A DNA stretch of 32,000 nucleotides, from NCBI RefSeq assembly GCF_001598795.1, contig NZ_BCZP01000006.1, positions 180,001 through 212,000 of the forward strand, given 5' to 3'. The notes under the pieces are model-generated. The model saw only the letters and a program-made list of their open reading frames with translations. It had not been told where the DNA came from and made no database searches. Shown in pieces: positions 10,158 to 19,288 of this stretch. Every line of letters begins with the position of its first letter. The first letter of the stretch is position 1. Position numbers and translations under genes: made by a program. The DNA comes from Delftia acidovorans NBRC 14950. GTDB taxonomy: Bacteria; Pseudomonadota; Gammaproteobacteria; Burkholderiales; Burkholderiaceae_C.

Positions 10158-10775
10158 TTAAGGCGACAGGCTTCTCAGCACCAATCCGGCCAGTTGTGCG
10201 GGCGCCTCGTCCGCATGGTCGAGGCTGTGCTGCAGCATCACCGGGTTCAGGTAGGGAAGCATGACCAGGAAGATGGCGCGCCCGGTTTCATCCAGCGGCG
10301 TCTTGCGCTCGAAGTCGCCCCGCTGGCGCCCGGCATCGAGTATCTGCAGCAGCAGCTGATGCATGCGTTCCTCATAGGCCTGCGCTGCCTGCCAGCGCTC
10401 GGCCGACGCCGAAATGGCGATCTCGTACAGCTTGCGGTCTTCGGAGAAAAGCCGCAGCGTGACAGCGACGATCGCCTTGAACAGGCGCCGCAGCTGCTCG
10501 GGAGGCGCATCCGTGCTGGCGACGGCCTGGCGGATCTCCGCCTCCATCTCCATCAGGCAGTTGGAACAGATCATCTCGCCGATGACCTGCTTGGACTCGA
10601 AGAACTTGTAGATGTAGGCCTTGGAAAAGCCGATGGCCTTGGCAAGGTCGGACACCGTGGTTTTCTCGTAGCCGTAGCGGCTGAAATGCTCTTTCGCCGC
10701 AGTCACGATCTGTTGCCGGACATCGTGTTCGACCGGGCCGCGCGCAGAGGTCGGATAGACGTTGGTGGTGCTCAT
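10158..10775 (-). CDS. TetR/AcrR family transcriptional repressor, 205 aa
   Basis: N-terminal HTH TTVSDLAKAIGFSKAYIYKFFESKQ. It is the first gene of the minus-strand efflux cluster. Confidence 0.9.
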   Translation of the reverse strand: MSTTNVYPTSARGPVEHDVRQQIVTAAKEHFSRYGYEKTTVSDLAKAIGFSKAYIYKFFESKQVIGEMICSNCLMEMEAEIRQAVASTDAPPEQLRRLFKAIVAVTLRLFSEDRKLYEIAISASAERWQAAQAYEERMHQLLLQILDAGRQRGDFERKTPLDETGRAIFLVMLPYLNPVMLQHSLDHADEAPAQLAGLVLRSLSP

Positions 10776-10812
10776 GCGGCCTAGCTTACTCCATCAAAAA
10801 AATACTATGCAA

Positions 10813-10836
10813 GTGACTATTTTGGAATATAGTCAC
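10813..10836. promoter_or_regulatory. Candidate TetR operator 1: perfect 8-bp-arm palindrome in the tetR/OMF divergent spacer
   Basis: GTGACTAT-tttggaat-ATAGTCAC sits in an AT-rich 89-bp intergenic region. Confidence 0.5.
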
Positions 10837-10864
10837 AGCGTCACCACGCTTCTGACTGTTGAAC

Positions 10865-12364
10865 ATGCCGCGTCTTGCCGCCCCCGTTTTTCTGATGCTC
10901 ACCAGCCTCTGTGCAGGGTGTGCGGTAGGCCCCGACTACCAGCCGCCCGCCACGGCCCTGCCCCAGGCCTACATGGGCAGCCGCGTTCTGGGTGAGACCA
11001 AGCCGCCCTCGCCGGCCTCCTCCACGGACCTTGCAGCCTGGTGGGCAGCCTTTGGCGATCCGCAGATGGCGCGCCTCGTCACGGCGGCACTGCAGCAAAA
11101 CCTGGATGTTGCCCAGGCCGCTGGCCGCGTGCTTCAGGCACGCGCCGGGCTGGATGCGGCGGCAGCTGCGTTGCTGCCGTCAGCCCAGATCTCGGCGCAA
11201 ACGGCCAGGAGCTATCAGTCGGTCGAGACTCCGCTGGGCCGGGTGCTCGACTCCATGCCGGGGTTCGATCGCTACGGCAGCGCCCAGGAGGCCAACCTCG
11301 GGGCCAGTTGGGAGCTTGATCTCTTCGGCGGCCTGCGCAAGGCCAGGCAGGCCTCCCTGGCCGAGTACCAGGCATCGGAAGCCGGCGCCACTGCCGTGCG
11401 GCTCGCGGTGGCCGCCCAGACTGCGGACACCTATATCCAGATTCGCGGCCTGCAGGCGCGGCTGGCAGTGGCACGCTCGCAAGTGCAAACCCAGCAGCAA
11501 CTGCGCTCCATCGTCGAACTGCGGTGGAACAAGGGCCTGGCACCCGAGCTTCAGCTGCGCCAGGTCGAGGGAGCGCTCGCACGGGCACAAGCCACCGTTC
11601 CGCCGCTGGAAAATGCGCTCGAGGCCGCGCTCAACGCCATGGACGTGATGCTGGCCACGGCACCCGGCACGCACCGGGCCGAACTGGCCGATCCCCGCCC
11701 GGTCCCCGTATTGCCCACCCTTTCCCTGGCGGAGGCGCCCGGCGATCTGCTGCGGCGACGCCCGGACCTCATCGCGGCGGAGCGGCGCCTGGCAGCGTCG
11801 AACGCACGCATCGGCGTGGCGATTGCCGAGTACTACCCGAAGCTTTCGATCAGCGGCCTGATCGGCAGCGCCACCTCCATCTCCGCGGGCAATCTCTTCA
11901 GCGCCGGCGCGTCGCAGGCAAGCGTTGTGGGCGGCCTGCGCTGGCGGCTGTTCGACTTCGGTCGCATCAACGCCCAGATCCACCAGGCGCAGGCACAGGA
12001 GGCGGAAAGCCTTGCCGCCTACCGGCAGTCGGTACTGCGCGCCACGGAAGAGGTGGAGAACGCCCTGGTCTCGCTGGACAAGCGGCAGGAGCTGATGGCC
12101 GTGCTCGCCAGGGGCGCGGATGCGCTCACGCGGGCCCGGCAGGCCGCAGGCGCCGCCTACGACAAGGGCGTGGTCAGCCTGATCGAGGTACTGCAGGCGG
12201 ATGAAAGCCTGCTGGGCGTGCTGGATGCACAGGCGCAGGCCCGGATGGAGTCGGCGCGATCGACGGTCGCGATCTTCAAGGCGCTGGGCGGCGGCTGGAC
12301 GCCGGAGCCTTCCAGGGCATTGGCAGCCGCCAGCCACGGTCTGCCCGCCAGCGTTGCCCGCTGA
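10865..12364 (+). CDS. RND efflux outer-membrane factor lipoprotein (NodT/OprM family), 499 aa
   Basis: Lipobox LCAGC followed by GPDY, and two repeated halves typical of OMFs. I prefer the ATG at 10865 over the TTG at 10859. Confidence 0.87.
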   Translation: MPRLAAPVFLMLTSLCAGCAVGPDYQPPATALPQAYMGSRVLGETKPPSPASSTDLAAWWAAFGDPQMARLVTAALQQNLDVAQAAGRVLQARAGLDAAAAALLPSAQISAQTARSYQSVETPLGRVLDSMPGFDRYGSAQEANLGASWELDLFGGLRKARQASLAEYQASEAGATAVRLAVAAQTADTYIQIRGLQARLAVARSQVQTQQQLRSIVELRWNKGLAPELQLRQVEGALARAQATVPPLENALEAALNAMDVMLATAPGTHRAELADPRPVPVLPTLSLAEAPGDLLRRRPDLIAAERRLAASNARIGVAIAEYYPKLSISGLIGSATSISAGNLFSAGASQASVVGGLRWRLFDFGRINAQIHQAQAQEAESLAAYRQSVLRATEEVENALVSLDKRQELMAVLARGADALTRARQAAGAAYDKGVVSLIEVLQADESLLGVLDAQAQARMESARSTVAIFKALGGGWTPEPSRALAAASHGLPASVAR

Positions 12365-12506
12365 ACCTGCCACTTCCCGAAAGGAGCCCCCTTTCCACAC
12401 ACAGCAAAGAAACCGAACACCCCTGCGGGACATGCGGCCCAAGCGACCTGCCCAAGCAGGCGGCCGAAGCCATGGCCCGGCTCCACCAACCCCCATCCGT
12501 CAAACC

Positions 12507-12833
12507 ATGTCAAACACAATCCCCTCCCCCACCGTTGCTGCAGCCGCACGCATCCTGAAGCCGGCGCTTGCGGCCATCGCCTTCTCGACCTGCTTCGCAG
12601 CCCATTCGCAGACGCAAGATGCCTCGGCAGCCACATCGGACGCAGCGCTTTCCCGCGCCGAAGTCATCGCCGATCTCGCACTCTGGCGCCGCGCCGGATT
12701 GGACCGCCATGCGGAGATATCGATCTCCTACGGAGTCGAAACGCAGGAATATCGGGCCGCATACCAGGAGTACCTGCGCCTTCGCAACAGCGAGGCGTTT
12801 CAGGCGGAGGTCCGCAAGGCGTTGAGTCGGTAA
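12507..12833 (+). CDS. Small secreted DUF4148-like protein, 108 aa
   Basis: Signal-like N-terminus (ALAAIAFSTCFAAHS) followed by LSRAEVIADLALWRRAGL, which resembles the DUF4148 core. No clear RBS, so the start is uncertain. Confidence 0.55.
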   Translation: MSNTIPSPTVAAAARILKPALAAIAFSTCFAAHSQTQDASAATSDAALSRAEVIADLALWRRAGLDRHAEISISYGVETQEYRAAYQEYLRLRNSEAFQAEVRKALSR

Positions 12834-12904
12834 GGCGGAGCTCCTCCCCGCCCAGGCCATCGCGGCAGCGGCTGGCTGCCTAGGGACGTGGCCCGGGGCT
12901 TTGC

Positions 12905-13372
12905 CTACAGGCCCAGGTCGGACAGACCGGGGTGGTCATCGGGGCGACGCCCCAGCGGCCAGTGGAACTTGCGCTCCGACTCCTGGATGGGCATGTCGTT
13001 GATGCATGCGAAGCGTCGGCGCATGAGACCGTCGGCCTCGAATTCCCAGTTCTCGTTGCCGTACGACCGGAACCAGTTCCCGGCATCGTCGTGCCACTCA
13101 TAGGCGTAGCGGACTGCGATCCGGTTTTCCGCGTACAGCCAAAGCTCCTTGATCAGCCGGTAGTCCAGCTCCTTCTTCCACTTTCTCTCAAGAAGGGCCT
13201 GGGCCTCGGCGCGGCTGTTGGCGAACTCCGCCCGGTTGCGCCATTTCGTGTCGGGGGTATAGGCCATCGCGACCTTGGCCGCATCGCGTGTGTTCCACCC
13301 ATCCTCGGCCAGACGGACCTTTTGGACGGCGCTTGCGAGAGAGAACGGGGGCAGGGGTGGGCGAGTTTCCAT
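12905..13372 (-). CDS. DUF1348 / NTF2-fold (SnoaL-like) protein, 155 aa
   Basis: [47 protein letters not shown] and HPGLSDLGL blocks are characteristic of DUF1348. Confidence 0.8.
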   Translation of the reverse strand: METRPPLPPFSLASAVQKVRLAEDGWNTRDAAKVAMAYTPDTKWRNRAEFANSRAEAQALLERKWKKELDYRLIKELWLYAENRIAVRYAYEWHDDAGNWFRSYGNENWEFEADGLMRRRFACINDMPIQESERKFHWPLGRRPDDHPGLSDLGL

Positions 13373-13391
13373 GATGTGACCTTTTGAAGAG

Positions 13392-13413
13392 ATGTAGAAC
13401 GATCTGTCTACAT
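13392..13413. promoter_or_regulatory. Candidate operator: perfect palindrome ATGTAGA-N8-TCTACAT
   Basis: Lies in the DUF1348/TetR divergent spacer. Its 16-nt core GAACGATCTGTCTACA (13397-13412) is repeated exactly at 13434-13449. Confidence 0.5.
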
Positions 13414-13430
13414 GCATCACTCTAACGGAG

Positions 13431-13452
13431 GTGGAACGATCTGTCTACAATG
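13431..13452. promoter_or_regulatory. Second copy of the operator core, overlapping a TACAAT -10-like hexamer just upstream of the TetR start
   Basis: An exact 16-nt repeat at 13434-13449, with a degenerate left arm. TACAAT is at 13446-13451 and the ATG at 13458. Confidence 0.45.
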
Positions 13453-13457
13453 TCTTC

Positions 13458-14042
13458 ATGAAAACTTCCGAGCCATCCTTCGAGTCATTGCCGCCCCGCG
13501 AGCGCATCCTGGTGGCAGCCCATGGCCTCTTCTACGCAGAGGGCATCCGGGCCACGGGCGTGGACCGGATCATCGAGCGGTCGTCGGTCAGCAAAGTCAC
13601 CTTCTACCGCCAGTACGCCAGCAAGGACGACCTGATCCGGGCGTACCTCGACTACCGCCATGAGCGGTGGATTTCCTGGTTCCAGGCCAGCCTGGCGCAG
13701 GCCACCGCCGGGGGCTCGTCAGCGTTGGATGCCCTGTCCGCCACCCTCAGGAGCTGGTTCGGCCAGCCCGACTTTCGGGGCTGCGCCTTTCTCAATGCCG
13801 CTGCCGAACTGGGCTCTTGCGACCCTGAGATCCTGGCAACGGTCCGGCGGCACAAGCAGGAAATGTCGTCCGTGCTGGATCGCCTGTTCGGTGGCCATCC
13901 CGTGTCCGTGGGCGCTGCGCTCACCCTGGTGGCGGATGGCGCCATCGTTCATGCGCAGATGGGTCAGCCGATCGATGAAGTCATGGAGAACTTCAAGGCA
14001 GCGGCAGCGGGGGTTGTGAATCTGCCCCTGCCCTTGCGCTAG
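13458..14042 (+). CDS. TetR family transcriptional regulator, 194 aa
   Basis: HTH region RILVAAHGLFYAEGIRATGVDRIIERSSVSKVTFYRQYASKDDL. Divergent from the DUF1348 gene. Confidence 0.87.
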   Translation: MKTSEPSFESLPPRERILVAAHGLFYAEGIRATGVDRIIERSSVSKVTFYRQYASKDDLIRAYLDYRHERWISWFQASLAQATAGGSSALDALSATLRSWFGQPDFRGCAFLNAAAELGSCDPEILATVRRHKQEMSSVLDRLFGGHPVSVGAALTLVADGAIVHAQMGQPIDEVMENFKAAAAGVVNLPLPLR

Positions 14043-14085
14043 TGCCGCACCGGGTGTGCCGTCTTGCGGCACATCGACCCTACCC

Positions 14086-14114
14086 CTTGAATCCTGGCCG
14101 AATTGCCTTATTAT
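14086..14114 (+). promoter_or_regulatory. Sigma32 (RpoH)-type heat-shock promoter candidate for groESL
   Basis: CTTGAA (14086-14091), a 14-nt spacer, then CCTTATTAT (14106-14114), compared with the consensus CTTGAA-N13-15-CCCCATNT. Confidence 0.45.
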
Positions 14115-14140
14115 TAGCACTCGTTGGGTATGAGTGCTAA
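14114..14140 (+). promoter_or_regulatory. CIRCE element (HrcA operator)
   Basis: Perfect TTAGCACTC-N9-GAGTGCTAA, 88 nt upstream of the groES ATG. Confidence 0.9.
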
Positions 14141-14168
14141 CAGCCCTCTGTCCCACATTGCTTCGAAT

Positions 14169-14187
14169 GCCGGCCCGCCGGGCCGGC
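14169..14187 (+). other. GC hairpin in the groES leader
   Basis: GCCGGCCC-gcc-GGGCCGGC (8-bp perfect stem) followed by AAGTCTTTGTTTC. It lies between CIRCE and the groES RBS. Confidence 0.5.
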
Positions 14188-14227
14188 AAGTCTTTGTTTC
14201 AACTTTGTTGATGATTTAGGAGTTGGT

Positions 14228-14518
14228 ATGAACCTGCGTCCCCTGCACGATCGCGTGATCGTGAAGCGCCTCGAGAACGAAACCAAGACGGCTTCGGGCA
14301 TCGTGATCCCCGAGAATGCCGCCGAGAAGCCCGACCAGGGCGAAGTGCTGGCAGTGGGCCCCGGCAAGAAGAACGACAAGGGCGAAGTGATCGCTCTGAA
14401 CGTGAAGGTCGGCGACCGCGTTCTGTTCGGCAAGTACAGCGGCCAGACCGTCAAGGTCCATGGCGACGAACTGCTGGTGATGAAGGAAGACGACCTGTTC
14501 GCAGTCGTCGAAAAGTAA
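14228..14518 (+). CDS. groES: Co-chaperonin GroES, 96 aa
   Basis: [14 protein letters not shown]...GEVLAVGPG is canonical GroES. RBS AGGAG at 14219-14223. Confidence 0.98.
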   Translation: MNLRPLHDRVIVKRLENETKTASGIVIPENAAEKPDQGEVLAVGPGKKNDKGEVIALNVKVGDRVLFGKYSGQTVKVHGDELLVMKEDDLFAVVEK

Positions 14519-14549
14519 TCCGCGCTTCGAAACCGCACTTTCCAACTGA

Positions 14550-16208
<1,659 letters not shown>

Positions 16209-16260
16209 TTGCCCGCCGCAACCGGGCAGGCCTTGCGCCATACCCGGTTTGCCCAGCAAG

Positions 16261-16288
16261 ACAAAGGCCGCCCTCGGGCGGCCTTTGT
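16261..16288. terminator. Bidirectional rho-independent terminator between groEL (+) and the aminotransferase gene (-)
   Basis: ACAAAGGCCGCC-ctcg-GGCGGCCTTTGT, a 12-bp perfect stem with A/T-rich stem ends on both strands. Confidence 0.7.
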
Positions 16289-16317
16289 CATTGCATGAAC
16301 GCTTTTGCCGATGTCTT

Positions 16318-17595
16318 TCAGGACACGGCCTGGCCCCAGGCCCGGCCCAGGCGTGCCACGGCCTCGGTGATCTGGGGCACGGTGGGCGCCGCATACGACA
16401 GGCGCATGCACAGGCCGGCCTTGTCTGCCGCATCGGCCGGGAAGAAGGCCTTGCCCGGCACATAGAGCACGCCCTGCTCCACCGCTGCCGTGAACAGCGC
16501 ACGGGCCAGGGCCTGGGAATCGCCCGCAAGCCGCTGCGGCGGCAGCAGCTGGGCCCAGACGAACATGCCCCCCGCAGGCCGCACGAAGCGGATCTGATCG
16601 CCCAGGGCCGACTGCATGCCAGAGCACAGCGCATCCATGCGCGCCGCGTACTCGGCGCAGGCCTGGGCCAGTTGGGGCGCATAGCGGCCCGAGCGCAGAT
16701 AGTGCGCGGCGATCATCTGCGCCAGCGGCGAGGTGCACAGATCGGCCGTCTGCTTGGCGATGGTGCAGCGGCGCAGCAGTTGGGCGTCGGCCAGCATCCA
16801 GCCGATGCGCAGCGCAGGCGCCACGGTCTTGGACAGGCTGGACAGGTAGACCACGGGATTGGCCTGGGCGCCGCACAGCGCCAGGCCCGTTTCGTAGATC
16901 GACGGTTCGCGCTGGCCGCTGAAGCGCAGCTCGCCATAGGGATCGTCCTCGACGATGACAAAGCCATGCTGGCGCGCCAGCTCCACCAGGGCCGTGCGCC
17001 GCGCCGCGGGCAGCAGGGTGCCGCCCGGGTTGGAGAAGTTGGGCACGGTATAGAGCAGCTTGGGGGCACGCGCATGGGGCCACTGCGCCAGCAGGCGGGC
17101 CAGGGCCTCGGTGTCCAGGCCCTGCTCGTCCGTGGGCACGGCAACGACCTGTGCCTGGGCCAGCTTCAGGGTCTGCAGCGTGGCCGGGTAGGCAGGCACT
17201 TCGACCAGCACCGGATCGCCGGGCTCGACCAGCACCTTGACCAGCAGGTCGAAGGCCTGCTGCGAGCCCGTGGTCACGATCATGTCGGCCGGCGTGCAGG
17301 CAATGCCGCGCGTGGCGCACAGCGCGGCCAGGGCTTCGCGCAGCGCAAGCTGGCCTTCGCTGGCGCCGTACTGCAGGCTGGTGGCGGCATCCTGCTGCAG
17401 CGCGGCCATGGCGGCTTGCTGCAAACCTTCGGCATCGAACAGGCTGGGCGAGGGATAGCCTCCGGCCAGCGAGAGCATGCCGGGACGGCTCAGGTACGGA
17501 AACAGCTCGCGGATCGGCGAGCCTTCGGGCTGTGCGAACAGCGGGTTGAACAGATGGGCGGTGGGCGACGACGCGCCCTGGTCTGCGGTGCTCAT
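16318..17595 (-). CDS. PLP-dependent aminotransferase, class I/II fold (2-aminoadipate/aromatic aminotransferase-like), 425 aa
   Basis: Contains LAGGYPSP, NPGGTLL and SLSKTVAPALRIGW (PLP lysine). The ATG at 17595 is preceded by GGAGG; an alternative ATG lies at 17610. Confidence 0.85.
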   Translation of the reverse strand: MSTADQGASSPTAHLFNPLFAQPEGSPIRELFPYLSRPGMLSLAGGYPSPSLFDAEGLQQAAMAALQQDAATSLQYGASEGQLALREALAALCATRGIACTPADMIVTTGSQQAFDLLVKVLVEPGDPVLVEVPAYPATLQTLKLAQAQVVAVPTDEQGLDTEALARLLAQWPHARAPKLLYTVPNFSNPGGTLLPAARRTALVELARQHGFVIVEDDPYGELRFSGQREPSIYETGLALCGAQANPVVYLSSLSKTVAPALRIGWMLADAQLLRRCTIAKQTADLCTSPLAQMIAAHYLRSGRYAPQLAQACAEYAARMDALCSGMQSALGDQIRFVRPAGGMFVWAQLLPPQRLAGDSQALARALFTAAVEQGVLYVPGKAFFPADAADKAGLCMRLSYAAPTVPQITEAVARLGRAWGQAVS

Positions 17596-17611
17596 GAAGG
17601 CCTCCGGCAAA

Positions 17612-17663
17612 TGGCAAAAACAAAGGGGCGCACGCGCAGGCCTGGCGCCTGTGCATGCGCCCC
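17612..17663 (-). terminator. Rho-independent terminator downstream of the DUF1338/HglS gene
   Basis: On the minus strand: GGGGCGCA...(inner CAGGC/GCCTG pairing)...TGCGCCCC followed by TTTGTTTTTGC. Confidence 0.6.
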
Positions 17664-17706
17664 GGGGAAGGGGATCAACGGTGGCGGGCTCTGCCCGGGG
17701 CGGCGC

Positions 17707-19122
17707 CTATGCAGCGACCTTGGTGGCCTGGCCGCGCAGCGCGCTGCGCAGCTGGTCGATGGAGCGCTGCTGGGCCTGCTCGTACAGCGCGATCTCGTCA
17801 TGCACGCGGGCACCCAGGTCGGCCTCGAAGGCCTGCTGGGCCGCATGGGCCGCGTATTGCTTTTGCTCTTCGCCGCCCAGGTTGGACTGGAAAATGCCGG
17901 CCGCGCTCACGGGCAGGAAGTCTTCGTAGACGATGGGCTCGGCCTGGGCCAGGCCGCGGGCGATCAGGGCGTCCAGGTCCGAGGCGGCGGCCGCTGCGGC
18001 CTCGCCTGCGGCCAGGGCGGCTCCCTCGTCGCTCAGCGTGAAGCGGTAGAAGGCCAGGTCTTGCCGGCGCAGCTGCTCATGGGTGTCGGGGAAAGCCTCG
18101 AAGACCTGGGCCAGGCGGCTGCCGTAGTCGGGTGCGGCACTGCCCGCGCTGCCCATGTCGCGCACCTGGGCCAGCAGCTGGTCGTAGAGCGCGCGGCCCT
18201 TGCGCGTGAGCGCCACGCCGCGCTGCTCGATCTCGCCGAAGCGCGCCGTGTGCGAGCCCGCGCCCGTGGCATCGCCCGCAAAACGCACGGTCTCCTTGAG
18301 CGCCTTGAAACTGGTCTGGCGCAGCAGGATGGGGCAGGCGCGGCGCGGCGGGCCTTCGACCACGTCCTTGGCGTCCATGCCGCGTGCGGGCATGGCGGCC
18401 TGGGCCGCGTCGATGTCCAGCGTGCGCGGCGTCAGGTGGTTGATGTGCGGGCCCTTGAAGCAGACCACGTCGGCGATCAGGCGGTGGGCCTTGTGCAGCG
18501 CGTCGTAGGTGGTGCCGTCCACGGTGGACTCGCTGTGCCAGCGGAAGGTCTCCAGCGCCTCGCGCACGAATGCGTCGGCATCGGCGTCGGCCAGGCCGCC
18601 ATGGGCTTCGGCCTGGGCGATCAGCGCCAGCGCGCGTTCGGTGAAGATGCTGCGTTGCGCCAGGATGGCGCCCGCCTGGGCCCGCAGCGCCTCGTCGGCA
18701 ATCAGGTCCAGGCGCAGCAGCGAGGTGAAGACGCGGAAAGGGTTGGCCAGCAGTGCCGCATCGCCCACGGGGCGGAAAGCCGTGGAGTGCACGGGCACGC
18801 CGGCCACCGACAGGTCGTAGTAGCCCACGGGCTCCATGCCCATGATGGCGAACAGGCGGCGCAGCATGGACAGCTCGGCCGCCGTGCCCACGCGGATGGC
18901 GCCGTGGCGCTCCACGCCCAGGCGGGCCAGCTCGCCGCTGCGCTGCATACGGGCCAGCAGCGCGGGCTCGGCCTGCAGGGTGCGCTGGTTGATGTCGGCC
19001 ACGAGTTCGATCAGCGTGCCGTACTGGGGCACTTCATCGCGGTACATCTCGGACATGGCGCTGGAAAACCGTGCGCGGATCTCGTCGGAGGGCACGAAGG
19101 TGTGGGCAGGCGTAGAGGACAT
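17707..19122 (-). CDS. hglS: DUF1338 / YdcJ / HglS-family protein (2-oxoadipate dioxygenase-decarboxylase-like), about 471 aa
   Basis: IRARFSSAMSEMYRDEVPQYGTLIELV, ERHGAIRVGTAAEL, GYYDLSVAGVPVHSTAFRP and TSFKALKE blocks match the YdcJ/HglS family as I remember it. The start is uncertain: ATG at 19122, or GTG at 19152; neither has a clear RBS. Confidence 0.8.
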   Translation of the reverse strand: MSSTPAHTFVPSDEIRARFSSAMSEMYRDEVPQYGTLIELVADINQRTLQAEPALLARMQRSGELARLGVERHGAIRVGTAAELSMLRRLFAIMGMEPVGYYDLSVAGVPVHSTAFRPVGDAALLANPFRVFTSLLRLDLIADEALRAQAGAILAQRSIFTERALALIAQAEAHGGLADADADAFVREALETFRWHSESTVDGTTYDALHKAHRLIADVVCFKGPHINHLTPRTLDIDAAQAAMPARGMDAKDVVEGPPRRACPILLRQTSFKALKETVRFAGDATGAGSHTARFGEIEQRGVALTRKGRALYDQLLAQVRDMGSAGSAAPDYGSRLAQVFEAFPDTHEQLRRQDLAFYRFTLSDEGAALAAGEAAAAAASDLDALIARGLAQAEPIVYEDFLPVSAAGIFQSNLGGEEQKQYAAHAAQQAFEADLGARVHDEIALYEQAQQRSIDQLRSALRGQATKVAA

Positions 19123-19239
19123 GGTGCTCGTGGGGACTGAAGTTGGAGCCACAGGGCAGCCCTGCGGCGGGGTGGATTCCTGGCACGCATGCTAGGTCTG
19201 CGCCTTGAGCCTGGTCAAACGATAATCAGGCCCATAGGT

Positions 19240-19256
19240 CATTCCCAAACAGAATG
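19240..19256. promoter_or_regulatory. LysR-type T-N11-A dyad candidate
   Basis: CATTC-N7-GAATG lies in the 136-166 bp spacer between hglS and the LysR gene. Confidence 0.3.
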
Positions 19257-19288
19257 CCCCTCCCACGATTGCCCCACCGCCCTCTGCC

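Noticed and set aside
11260-11275. GGTTCGATC, a sequence resembling a tRNA T-arm.
   Set aside because: It lies inside the OMF coding frame, with no acceptor or anticodon stems around it. No tRNA or other structured RNA gene could be supported anywhere in the window.
14042-14072. GTGCCGCA-N15-TGCGGCAC hairpin after the second TetR gene, considered as a terminator.
   Set aside because: The loop is large (15 nt) and no T tract follows. Support is too weak to list it as a feature.
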